From Clostridia bacterium (GTDB lineage: Bacteria > Bacillota > Clostridia > Oscillospirales > CAG-272): DNA of 52,405 nt. Shown piece by piece: positions 1-8,116 of the stretch (its first letter is position 1; each line of letters opens with the position of its first letter). The notes below the pieces were generated by a model, which was given only the letters and a program-made list of their open reading frames with translations, ran no database searches and was not told where the DNA came from. The position numbers and the translations under genes were made by a program. The DNA is taken from the NCBI GenBank assembly GCA_017462615.1, contig JAFTQT010000121.1, positions 1 through 52,405 on the forward strand, written 5' to 3'.

Positions 1-315
1 ACCGATGACGAAGGTCACTTCATTTGGCCCGGCTTCGGTGACAACCTCAGCGTTCTGCTCTGGAACCAGGCTCGTTGCGAGGATAAGGTTGACGCTGTTG
101 AGACCGCTATCGGCTACGTTCCGAAGGCTGAGGATATCAACATCGAGGGCCGTGAGGACGTAACCATTGACACCATCCGCGATCTGCTCTCTGTTGACGT
201 TGAGTCCTGGAAGGCTGACGTTCAGAACATCAAGGACTTCTACGCACAGGTAGGCGAGGCTGTTCCCGCTACCATGTACGAGGAGCTTGCTGCTCTCGAG
301 AAGAGACTCGGCTAA
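1..315 (+). CDS. pckG: Phosphoenolpyruvate carboxykinase (GTP), C-terminal fragment; the 5' end lies outside the window
   Basis: Frame +1 is open from the window edge to TAA at 313-315. The translation TDDEGHFIWPGFGDNLSVLLWNQARC...IGYVPKAEDINIEG...VDVESWKADV matches the conserved C-terminal WPGFG(E/D)N region of GTP-type PEPCK. Confidence 0.75.
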   Translation, partial: TDDEGHFIWPGFGDNLSVLLWNQARCEDKVDAVETAIGYVPKAEDINIEGREDVTIDTIRDLLSVDVESWKADVQNIKDFYAQVGEAVPATMYEELAALEKRLG

Positions 316-327
316 TTCCGAGTTCAA

Positions 328-361
328 TAAAAAAGAACCGCCCACGGGCGGTTCTTTTTTA
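328..361. terminator. Bidirectional rho-independent terminator between convergent genes
   Basis: Stem GAACCGCCC / GGGCGGTTC with a 3-nt loop, an A-run on the 5' side and TTTTTT on the 3' side. Confidence 0.85.
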
Positions 362-365
362 TTGC

Positions 366-941
366 TTATGCCTCCGGCTTTTTCTCCAGCTTCAGCGGAT
401 AGTCGCCAAGATGCTCAACCTTGAAGCCGTTCTGCTTGTACGCCTCGTAATCAAAGGCCTCCAGCTCATCGATAGCCAGCTTATGGAACTCGTAGAAATT
501 TTTCCACCATTCATATCCGCTGCCAAGCTCGGCACCGAGGTAGGCGTCGGCAATGTCGCAGCCCATGGCAGGGGCCACGTAGAAGGCGCCCATGGCCAGC
601 ACGTTAACACCGTTACCGGTAATAGCGCGCAACGCCGCCGGTACACTCTCCACCACGCCCGCGTGGACGTGAGGACACTTGGAGGCAGCAATGTGGATGC
701 CCATACCGGTTCCACAGAACAGCAGCGCGCGCTCGAAATTCCCCTCGGAGATCTGAGCGCCCACACGAAGTCCCACGCGATGGAACATATTTTCGGTATC
801 GTTCGGGTCACTGTCAGCGGTTACACCCAGATCGGTGATCTTCCACCCCTTTTCCTTCAGGTGGGCTACCACCGCCTCTTTCAACGGGTAGCCCGCAAAA
901 TCGGCGCCCACTACCAAATATTTCTCCTTAATTGTTTTCAT
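366..941 (-). CDS. RpiB/LacA/LacB-family sugar-phosphate isomerase with a roughly 45-aa C-terminal extension
   Basis: ORF 366..959. ATG at 941 is preferred because AGGAG lies about 10 nt upstream; the 959 codon is TTG. The LLFCGTGMGIHIAASK and NVLAMG blocks are typical of the RpiB/LacAB fold. Confidence 0.7.
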   Translation of the reverse strand: MKTIKEKYLVVGADFAGYPLKEAVVAHLKEKGWKITDLGVTADSDPNDTENMFHRVGLRVGAQISEGNFERALLFCGTGMGIHIAASKCPHVHAGVVESVPAALRAITGNGVNVLAMGAFYVAPAMGCDIADAYLGAELGSGYEWWKNFYEFHKLAIDELEAFDYEAYKQNGFKVEHLGDYPLKLEKKPEA

Positions 942-955
942 TTTTCCTTCTCCTT

Positions 956-1702
956 TCAAGAAAATAATTCAGATGCAGCCATCAGCCATTTTTCAGCAAA
1001 CAGCTCCTGGCCCTTGACGCTCAAGTGTATACCATCCGGCTCAAATAGCTCCGGCTGATTCGTCAACCATTCGTTTGAAATCAAAACAACGTGGTTTTCA
1101 TGTGCGATTTTCTGCAATATCTTATTATAGATTTGAATATTTTGATTGCTTTGCGATTTACGGTTCGGCGAAAAATGCTTTTCAAATCTGCTCTCGATCA
1201 CAGGCGGAATTTCAAACAACAGCACCGCCGCGCCGTATGCCCTTGCCCAAACCACCATTTGGCGGAGATTTCGCTCATACTCGGCTATGCCAACGTGGTG
1301 GAGGCCGTCTATCATCACGGAATCGTTGCTACCTATCATAATGGAGACCAGATCAGGGCGTTGCCGCTCTGCCAGCAACCTTGTATCTTGCAGCAGCATT
1401 GAGGATACACTACCCGATATGGTGGCATCATACGCCTCCAAGGAGGCCGCACGGGTAACGGAGATTCGATAACCGAGATTATCAGAAGAAATAGAATCTC
1501 CCAAAAACACAACCTTTTTATGTTGCAGCCTCTCGATTTCCAAAGCATATTTTTCCTTTAATCTCTCTACTCGCGCTTCTTGTATGGCTTCAAAATCCTT
1601 CAGCTCACAGGCAAGCTCCGCTTGTTCATAAGGAAGAAGACGCTCAAAAATATCTGCCGATACCGGAAAACGTCCCACACTGTTATGTAGATTGAAACGC
1701 AT
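956..1702 (-). CDS. SGNH/GDSL-family hydrolase (esterase/lipase-like)
   Basis: Contains block I VVFLGDSISS, block III IMIGSNDS and block V PDGIHLS. ATG at 1702 has AGGAAG upstream; the alternative start is GTG at 1720. Confidence 0.75.
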   Translation of the reverse strand: MRFNLHNSVGRFPVSADIFERLLPYEQAELACELKDFEAIQEARVERLKEKYALEIERLQHKKVVFLGDSISSDNLGYRISVTRAASLEAYDATISGSVSSMLLQDTRLLAERQRPDLVSIMIGSNDSVMIDGLHHVGIAEYERNLRQMVVWARAYGAAVLLFEIPPVIESRFEKHFSPNRKSQSNQNIQIYNKILQKIAHENHVVLISNEWLTNQPELFEPDGIHLSVKGQELFAEKWLMAASELFS

Positions 1703-1727
1703 AAAAAATCTTCCTGACACGGCCGGA

Positions 1728-3935
1728 TCACCTCGCTTGACACTTCATTGTAATAGGATCGCACACAAATTCGCTTACCCCTGCAGGTAGCGTCTGCCCA
1801 CGGAAAGTGGCCTTGATTCCCTCCGGGATCGCGACCTTATAAATAAATTTACCCTCCACGTAGCTCCACTCAGCCTCAATACGTCCCCGCACCGTATCTT
1901 CAAAGCCCCGAACGAAGCCAAGCTCCTTGATAAACACAGGCTTCAGCTCTATCTCCGTAAAGCCGGGCGCTTCTTCCCGGGGCGCGATTCCCAGCAAGGA
2001 TTTGAAAAACCACCCCAGCACATTCGAAAACATATGGTGATTGTGTGAGCCCTTATCCTTACCGTCCCAGGTTTCCCACAAGGTAGTAGCACCCGCCTCG
2101 TACCAGGTTTTATAGCCGGGCTCACTTTCGGTGATGATCTTATAAGCATATTCGGGATGCCCGCAGGTCGTCAACGCATCGTAGAGATACTGAATACCCA
2201 CCATACCGCTGGTCAGCTTGAATTCATCCCGCACCACCGCCTCGGTCAACTGCTTGGCAATGACTTCCCTCTTTTTGTAAAGGCCGTTTTCCAGCATGAT
2301 GGCAAGAGCAGTTTGTGAGGTGACGGTAGCAGCGCCATTTTCGTCCAGATAGCGGCTCAAAAATTCGTCCGTCAACGCTTGCAGCCGCTCCTCCAGAAAA
2401 GAGGCTCCGCTTCCTGCCAACCGATGCGCCAGTAGCGTTACCCGCAAAAAGCGGATCAGATAAAAATCACGCACGAATTCCCTTGGTGTCAGCTTGCTGC
2501 TGCCGCAGCCCAGCCAATCGCCGAGAATAAAGACATGATCCTCCTGTTTCTTTTTCCAAAGAAATTCAACGTACCGTTCAAAATAAGGAATAGCCCTCGT
2601 CAACATACTGCTGTCGCCGGTGTAGACATAGGTGCGGTAAGGCAGCTCAAATAACAAATTGTCACAAACAGGCCCCCAGTTATCTCCCCAACCGTTAGAA
2701 GGAATGATGCCGGGCATTTCTCCGTTTTCCCGCATATCCAGTTTGACGTCCTCAAACCATTTTTCAAAAAGAGGCTTGATGTCAAAATTGATGAGGATCT
2801 GCTCTGTGGTGGCCGCGGCATCGTTGGTCCAACCGAATTTTTCTCTGGTGGGGCAATCCGTGAGGCACCAGAAAAGGTTTGAATACGTGGAGCGTATACC
2901 CGCATTATAAATAAAATTGAGAATGGGGTTCCCCGACTGAAACGCTGCCGTGCGTGCCACATCCTGATGGGTAAAATAAGCGCAGATCAATGCAGGATCC
3001 GGTGCCTTTGACAATCCCTCGATCAGCACGTAGCGGAAGCCGTGATAGCAGAATCTCGGTTTGAAGGTATCCACGCCCCCGGAGGCGATCAGCTTATTTA
3101 AGTGAAAGGGCGACTCAGGGTAAAAATAGGGCTCGTCCATTTTATTGTATTTTGGTCGCAGATATTCGTCCAGATCCTCGGTATAGCGAAACAAGATTTC
3201 ACTTCCACGCGGTTCTTGCAGGGTGATCTCCATATAACCAGAGATCGTCACGCCAAAATCCACCAAATACCCCTCGGCCGTTTTTCGTACGGAAACGGGC
3301 TTTATTACCTCTGCCTCCCGCACGGGTTGGCAAGAGATGGGGCGAAGCGCGGCGCCTTCCGGAATCGGTCGACAGTAAACACCATGCCAATCCGCATCGT
3401 TATACCCCACAAAAAGCCAACGATCATCCGCCTTGCGCGCATCGTAATACTCACCGCTACGCAAATGACTGTAAATAATAGGAGAATGCTCACGGCTGGC
3501 CTTCCAGCTACCGTCGCTGTTCAGAACAGTCTTGCCGTTGACCTTTAGAGACAGTAGAAATTGCGGCGCATCTCTCCAAAGGGAGCTCTGATAATGCCAG
3601 ACCGTTTCAAAGGACTCGTTAAAAAATCCGTTTCCTGCCATTACGCCAATGACATTTTTTCCTTCCCGCAGCAATCCGGTCACATCGTAAGTATTATACC
3701 AAAGTAGCTTATTATAGTTGCTGAGGGGAGAGATAAATATATCCTCCGTGATAGAAAGGCCATTGATGTAGTAGCAGGCAAAGCCGGGGCTTTGTACGAC
3801 AATTTCAGCCCTTTCAATCTTTTCCTCAATCACGAACTCCCTGCGAAATAGCGGAATGGGATCGTAAAGCGAAAAGCTTGACGGTTCTTTTTGCGCCTTG
3901 ATAAATACAGCGCCGTCAAATACGTTTTGCAGCAT
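1728..3935 (-). CDS. Alpha-L-rhamnosidase (GH78 family)
   Basis: About 735 aa. The N-terminal pattern PLFRREF...A.IVV.SPGFACYYINGL...YNTYDVTGLLREGKNVIG, followed by a six-hairpin catalytic region, is typical of bacterial GH78 enzymes. ATG at 3935 has GAGGTG upstream. Confidence 0.8.
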   Translation of the reverse strand: MLQNVFDGAVFIKAQKEPSSFSLYDPIPLFRREFVIEEKIERAEIVVQSPGFACYYINGLSITEDIFISPLSNYNKLLWYNTYDVTGLLREGKNVIGVMAGNGFFNESFETVWHYQSSLWRDAPQFLLSLKVNGKTVLNSDGSWKASREHSPIIYSHLRSGEYYDARKADDRWLFVGYNDADWHGVYCRPIPEGAALRPISCQPVREAEVIKPVSVRKTAEGYLVDFGVTISGYMEITLQEPRGSEILFRYTEDLDEYLRPKYNKMDEPYFYPESPFHLNKLIASGGVDTFKPRFCYHGFRYVLIEGLSKAPDPALICAYFTHQDVARTAAFQSGNPILNFIYNAGIRSTYSNLFWCLTDCPTREKFGWTNDAAATTEQILINFDIKPLFEKWFEDVKLDMRENGEMPGIIPSNGWGDNWGPVCDNLLFELPYRTYVYTGDSSMLTRAIPYFERYVEFLWKKKQEDHVFILGDWLGCGSSKLTPREFVRDFYLIRFLRVTLLAHRLAGSGASFLEERLQALTDEFLSRYLDENGAATVTSQTALAIMLENGLYKKREVIAKQLTEAVVRDEFKLTSGMVGIQYLYDALTTCGHPEYAYKIITESEPGYKTWYEAGATTLWETWDGKDKGSHNHHMFSNVLGWFFKSLLGIAPREEAPGFTEIELKPVFIKELGFVRGFEDTVRGRIEAEWSYVEGKFIYKVAIPEGIKATFRGQTLPAGVSEFVCDPITMKCQAR

Positions 3936-3955
3936 AATGATCACCTCTTGTTTTC

Positions 3956-3984
3956 ATTATGACACAAAAATCTTCCGCTGTAAA
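3956..3984 (-). promoter_or_regulatory. Putative sigma-A promoter of the rhamnosidase operon
   Basis: On the minus strand: TTTACA, 17 nt, CATAAT, about 20 nt upstream of the RBS. Confidence 0.4.
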
Positions 3985-3992
3985 TGTTAAAA

Positions 3993-4018
3993 ATCACATT
4001 CTCATATCCAAATGTGAT
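3993..4018. promoter_or_regulatory. Inverted repeat ATCACATT-N10-AATGTGAT in the divergent promoter region (candidate operator)
   Basis: Perfect 8-bp arms at 3993-4000 and 4011-4018, immediately upstream of the -35 of the minus-strand promoter. Confidence 0.35.
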
Positions 4019-4036
4019 CTTTTTTTGACAAATTTA

Positions 4037-4065
4037 TTGACAGAGATCTTGAAAAAGGCTATAAT
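4037..4065 (+). promoter_or_regulatory. Putative sigma-A promoter of the AraC-family gene
   Basis: TTGACA (4037-4042), 17 nt, TATAAT (4060-4065). The -10 ends only 9 nt before the ATG at 4075. Confidence 0.5.
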
Positions 4066-4074
4066 GGACACATT

Positions 4075-4836
4075 ATGATCGTTCAAAGCTTATTATTATC
4101 AAATGAATCCTACACTCACGCAAAATGGGAATACAAAGACATTGCCGTGGGATTTTCAAGACTCTACTACATTATTTCGGGTGAAGCCTACTACGAGGAG
4201 GAAGGCCGCAGTTATCCGTTTAAGGTAGGGTATCTGTATCTCACACCGGTCAAAAAGTCCTTTTCGCTTTACGAGAATCCGGAGAGCAAGCTACTACACA
4301 CCTACGCGCATATCATCACCGTACCATCAGTAGATCACTTTACAGAAATTCCCGTAAAAGAAAACACGCCTTTAGGTGATGCCGTGACACTATGGCGCAA
4401 ATACGCCAAAAGCGAAAACGAGGAATTTCTGAAAAGCGTCATTTCCCTGCTGCTTTCCTGCAGCGAAAAGGAAATTACCCAAGAGAACATCGCCGCCAGA
4501 ATAGCCAAAGCTCACATTGACCAAAAGGATGACTATTTATTCAATATGCGCAGCCTGAGCGCCGTCGTAGGCTACAGTCGGGAGCATATCACTCGCAGCT
4601 TTCTTGCTACTTATGGCATGACGCCAAAGCAATATTTCAATTTGAAACGTATGAACGCAGCGCTGGAGCGCCTTACTGCAGGTGTCAAGGTGGGGGATGT
4701 GGCCGAGGAGCTGTGCTATGCATCCCCCTACTCCTTCAGTAAGGCTTTTAAGAACCACTTTGGTCTGTCGCCGCAAAATTATCTGCATACGCTGCACTCA
4801 GAGCAAGTCCCCTCAAGCACTGCGCCGAAACCCTAA
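4075..4836 (+). CDS. AraC-family transcriptional regulator
   Basis: N-terminal cupin-like sensor domain plus a C-terminal double HTH (SLSAVVGYSREHITRSFLATYGMTPKQYF ... YASPYSFSKAFKNHFGLSPQNY). Confidence 0.85.
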   Translation: MIVQSLLLSNESYTHAKWEYKDIAVGFSRLYYIISGEAYYEEEGRSYPFKVGYLYLTPVKKSFSLYENPESKLLHTYAHIITVPSVDHFTEIPVKENTPLGDAVTLWRKYAKSENEEFLKSVISLLLSCSEKEITQENIAARIAKAHIDQKDDYLFNMRSLSAVVGYSREHITRSFLATYGMTPKQYFNLKRMNAALERLTAGVKVGDVAEELCYASPYSFSKAFKNHFGLSPQNYLHTLHSEQVPSSTAPKP

Positions 4837-5421
4837 AATGGCTGCCGTCACACGCTCACACACGAAAATTTCGATAACAGACAGCAGTACGCTGTGCAGA
4901 TTTCCGTAAACGAAGAAGGAAATAGTTACCACCGTGAGACTGAGCAGCGATATGATGCGTTCCACCCTTCGGTGCGGCATTTTTCGCTGTATCATGGCCC
5001 CCATCACATCGACACCGCCGGATGAGGCCCCCATGCGCAGCATAATGCCCGTCAACCCTTGCGCTACGCCGCCAAATACTGCAGGCAGCAGTCGTTCTCC
5101 CTCTGGCGTATACTGATAAAAGGAGATGCGAGCAAGCAGCATTAAAAAAAATGAAAGGAAAAACGTATACAGCACCGTATACAGCACGTACCGCTTTGAC
5201 AGCACACGCCACGCAACGGCAAGCAGTGGTAAATTGATGGCAAGATTAAAAGCGCCGGCATTGATGCCCGTTAAGGCCTGTAGCATCGTAGAGATACCGT
5301 CCACGCCGCTGGGTGTAAAATCCGTCGGATATACGAACACGTGCATCCCCACCCCTACAGCCAGTGCCGTGATCACCGTCAACGCAATATATAAAAGCTC
5401 CCTTTTGAAGAAACGTATCAT
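4813..5421 (-). CDS. YitT-family integral membrane protein (membrane core only)
   Basis: The hydrophobic ORF contains the duplicated GG(V/I)DG motif (PSGVDGISTMLQ and SSGGVDVMGAMI). ATG at 5421 is chosen because the longer ORF (to 5610) overlaps rplS. Confidence 0.6.
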   Translation of the reverse strand: MIRFFKRELLYIALTVITALAVGVGMHVFVYPTDFTPSGVDGISTMLQALTGINAGAFNLAINLPLLAVAWRVLSKRYVLYTVLYTFFLSFFLMLLARISFYQYTPEGERLLPAVFGGVAQGLTGIMLRMGASSGGVDVMGAMIQRKMPHRRVERIISLLSLTVVTISFFVYGNLHSVLLSVIEIFVCERVTAAILGFRRSA

Positions 5422-5498
5422 CACTGCCTCCGAAAAAATAATCCCATTATTAGTATATTCCGACAGCAGCACGTTACACATCGAAAAAACACGAAACA

Positions 5499-5541
5499 GA
5501 AAAAGAGAGCGCGGACGCTTGGCGTTCACGCTCTCTTTTTG
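5499..5541 (-). terminator. Rho-independent terminator downstream of rplS
   Basis: Stem AGAGAGCG...CGCTCTCT with additional inner pairing, flanked by A- and T-runs. Confidence 0.75.
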
Positions 5542-5545
5542 AGAA

Positions 5546-5887
5546 TCAGATCTTCTCCTTAACCTTGGATGCCTTGCCCATACGGTCACGCAGGTAGTAA
5601 AGCTTCGCACGGCGAACCTTGCCCACGCGGGTAATTTCTACCTTAGCAACGTTGGGAGAGTGCACAGGGAAGGTCTTCTCCACACCTACACCGTAGGAAA
5701 CGCGTCTTACGGTAAAGGTCTCGGAAATGCCGCCACCGTGCTTAGCGATAACGGTACCCTCGAAAAGCTGGATTCTCTCCTTGGTGCCCTCGACAATCTT
5801 GTTGTGAATGCGAACGGTGTCACCGATGCGAATCACAGGCACCTCAGTCTTCAACTGCTCGTTTGTAAAAGCCTGAATCAAATTCAT
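5546..5887 (-). CDS. rplS: 50S ribosomal protein L19
   Basis: 113 aa. The sequence MNLIQAF...[55 protein letters not shown] is the canonical L19 sequence. Confidence 0.97.
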   Translation of the reverse strand: MNLIQAFTNEQLKTEVPVIRIGDTVRIHNKIVEGTKERIQLFEGTVIAKHGGGISETFTVRRVSYGVGVEKTFPVHSPNVAKVEITRVGKVRRAKLYYLRDRMGKASKVKEKI

Positions 5888-5971
5888 GTTTGGCCTCCTT
5901 ATAAATCCGGATGTTCATGCAGAGCTTGGCAGCGGACCACCCTTATATTCGTGCAAACGCACACGAAATGT

Positions 5972-6000
5972 ATTATAGCATATTCTTTTCCAAAATGCAA
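5972..6000 (-). promoter_or_regulatory. Putative sigma-A promoter of rplS, followed by a leader of about 85 nt
   Basis: On the minus strand: TTGCAT, 17 nt, TATAAT. Confidence 0.5.
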
Positions 6001-6030
6001 TAGTTTTTTTGAATTTTTTTCTTTTTTTCG

Positions 6031-6060
6031 GCAAAAAAGCGGGATTTCTCCCGCTTTTTT
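6031..6060 (-). terminator. Rho-independent terminator downstream of the NhaC-family gene
   Basis: Stem GCGGGA / TCCCGC with a 4-nt loop, and A6/T6 runs on both sides. Confidence 0.8.
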
Positions 6061-6072
6061 GTGGATAACGGA

Positions 6073-7854
6073 TCAGCCCTGCTTCTTAGCAACTACGCGA
6101 CGCATCACAAAGAGTGTGCCGATCATTAAAACGATCGCAACAGGCAGAGATACGTACCAATAGAGACCTACGGCCTGCATCAAACCTGCGATGATGTAAG
6201 ACACGAAGGAAACAGCCGCCACGGTAATGGCATAGGGCAATTGCGTCGAAACGTGCTGTACGTGATTGCACTGTGCACCGGCAGAAGCCATAATGGTGGT
6301 ATCGGAAATAGGCGAGCAGTGGTCACCGCACACAGCACCTGCAAGGCAAGCAGACATGGCAATGACGCCGAGCTCGCTATCCAGACCAATGCCGGCCTGC
6401 ACAATGGGGATGAGAATACCAAACGTGCCCCAGGAGGTACCCGTAGCAAAGGCAAGACCGCAGGCAATCAGGAAGATGATGGCAGGCAGGAAGAGCTTGA
6501 GTGCACCTGTATTTTCCAGAATTTCGGCTACGAACACGTCAGATCCCAGCAGAGAGGTCATATTCTTCAGAGCGGTAGCCAAGGTCAGAATCATAATAGC
6601 GGGCACCATGGCGATAAATCCCTTGGGAAGCGCTTCCATCGAAACCTTGAAGGAAACAAGGCGACGCGCCATCAGGTAAATGATAATCAGGATCAGCGCA
6701 AAAAGTGAGCCAAGCGGCAAACCGACGGTAGCGTCCGTATCACCAAAGGAGGAGATGAGATTCCACTGATTTGCACCAGCGGTAAAGAAGCCACCAACGT
6801 ACATCAGGGCGGCGATGCAGGAAACGATCAGGATGCAGATGGGCACGATCAGGTCGGAAACCTTGGCGCGCTCGGCAACCTTTACCTGCTTTTCGTCCTC
6901 CAACTCCACCTCGTCCAGAGCGCCGAGGTCGCCCTCGTTCATTGCCGTGAACTCTACACCGGCCATCTTGCCGTAATCGTAGCCCATTATAGAAATAGCG
7001 ATCACGAACACGATGGTGAGCAGTGAGTAGAAATTATAAGGAATAGCCTTGATAAAGAAGGTCAGACCCTGGCCATCGGCCACGTACTGAGAAACGGCAG
7101 CAGCCCAGGAGGAAACCGGTGCGATCATGCAAATGGGCGCAGCGGTAGCATCAATGATGTATGCCAGCTTCGCGCGGGAAATTTTATGTGTATCCGAAAC
7201 GGGACGCATGACGCTGCCTACAGTCAAACAGTTGAAGTAGTCGTCCACAAAAATCAGCACACCGAGGGCAAAGGTGGCAAGCAGCGCACCACCCCGGGTC
7301 TTAACGTGAGTCTGTGCCCACTCGCCAAAGGCCTTGGAGCCGCCGGCCTTATTCAGCAGCACCACGATAGCACCGAGAATCACAAGGAAGGCGAAAATGC
7401 CGGCAGTGCCGGAAACCGCGCTGATCAAACCGTCGTTTACGATAGCGTCCAACGCCTTCACGGGATGGAAATTGGCGTAGAAGATGCCACCTGCAACCAC
7501 ACCGATAAACAGCGAGCTGTACACCTCCTTGGTCATCAATGCAAGGCCAATGGCGATAATGGGAGGCACCAGCGACATAAAGGTGGCGTAGTAGGAGCTG
7601 GGAGCAGCTATCTGCTTTGCGCCCTCACAGTCGGAGCAGGTGCGCTCAGAGCCGGGTAAAATGCCCGTCCCAAGACAGGTTGCACACTTAGACGTATCGT
7701 CGCCGCAATCCGGACAAGCATACGCTACGGTACCAGTGCCCTCACAGGTTGCGCAGTCCACAAGGGTTGCACTCTTCAGCGTGAAGGAAAGCACCACGAC
7801 GATCACAAGCGCTACCGCAATGATGATCAGATTTGTCAAATGCTTCTTGTTCAT
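6073..7854 (-). CDS. NhaC-family Na+/H+ antiporter-like transporter with an N-terminal TM anchor and a Cys-rich (4x CxxC) module
   Basis: 593 aa from ATG 7854, with an AAGGAG RBS. The long polytopic core is NhaC-like. The N-terminus reads MNKKHLTNLIIIAVALVIVVVLSF, then CATCEGTG..CPDCGDD..CATCLGTG..CSDCEG. Confidence 0.75.
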   Translation of the reverse strand: MNKKHLTNLIIIAVALVIVVVLSFTLKSATLVDCATCEGTGTVAYACPDCGDDTSKCATCLGTGILPGSERTCSDCEGAKQIAAPSSYYATFMSLVPPIIAIGLALMTKEVYSSLFIGVVAGGIFYANFHPVKALDAIVNDGLISAVSGTAGIFAFLVILGAIVVLLNKAGGSKAFGEWAQTHVKTRGGALLATFALGVLIFVDDYFNCLTVGSVMRPVSDTHKISRAKLAYIIDATAAPICMIAPVSSWAAAVSQYVADGQGLTFFIKAIPYNFYSLLTIVFVIAISIMGYDYGKMAGVEFTAMNEGDLGALDEVELEDEKQVKVAERAKVSDLIVPICILIVSCIAALMYVGGFFTAGANQWNLISSFGDTDATVGLPLGSLFALILIIIYLMARRLVSFKVSMEALPKGFIAMVPAIMILTLATALKNMTSLLGSDVFVAEILENTGALKLFLPAIIFLIACGLAFATGTSWGTFGILIPIVQAGIGLDSELGVIAMSACLAGAVCGDHCSPISDTTIMASAGAQCNHVQHVSTQLPYAITVAAVSFVSYIIAGLMQAVGLYWYVSLPVAIVLMIGTLFVMRRVVAKKQG

Positions 7855-7870
7855 AATCTTCTCCTTTTTG

Positions 7871-7905
7871 ATAAAAATAAAAAACCGCGACGAAGCGCCG
7901 CGGCA
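7871..7905 (-). terminator. Intrinsic terminator forming the expression platform of the lysine riboswitch
   Basis: On the minus strand: CCGCGGCG-CTT-CGTCGCGG followed by TTTTTTATTTTT, located between the aptamer and the RBS. Confidence 0.75.
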
Positions 7906-7915
7906 AACCAAATAA

Positions 7916-8082
7916 GGCTGTCGATGATAGCACTCCACAAAACTGTGACAGTATCGGATATATTTTATCCGATCCCAACCACCGCCCACGGAAACAGACG
8001 GCAATTTCGGCAACGAGCCCTTTCGCGTGCGGCATTTCCGTGCCGAAGCTCACGCTACTGATGCGCATTGCACCTCTATCTT
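7916..8082 (-). promoter_or_regulatory. Lysine riboswitch (L-box) aptamer
   Basis: The minus strand reads gatAGAGGTGCaatgcgcatcAGTAgcg...GCCGcacgcgaaaGGGctcgttGCCGAAattgcc...GGGAtcgg...ccgataCTGTCACagttttgtGGAGTGCTATCatcgacagcc. The conserved L-box blocks appear in canonical order. Confidence 0.8.
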
Positions 8083-8087
8083 TATTT

Positions 8088-8116
8088 ATTATAATGCAGA
8101 GCGAGGGTTTTGTCAA
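8088..8116 (-). promoter_or_regulatory. Sigma-A promoter driving the L-box leader
   Basis: On the minus strand: TTGACA (8111-8116), 17 nt, TATAAT (8088-8093), about 8 nt before the riboswitch P1 region. Confidence 0.6.

Noticed and set aside
4813-4836. The convergent AraC and YitT genes overlap at their 3' ends by 24 bp, with no terminator.
   Set aside because: Short convergent overlaps are common, and nothing further can be concluded from the sequence.
4813-5610. Long N-terminal extensions occur on several ORFs: YitT to 5610, NhaC to 8013, MiaB to 22784, FtsZ to 36779, MurF to 41689, PBP to 45362, RsmH to 47185, the 8-TM protein to 49121 and the RR to 50795.
   Set aside because: The extensions overlap upstream genes or regulatory elements and lack RBSs. 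Internal ATGs with good Shine-Dalgarno sequences give proteins with canonical N-termini.
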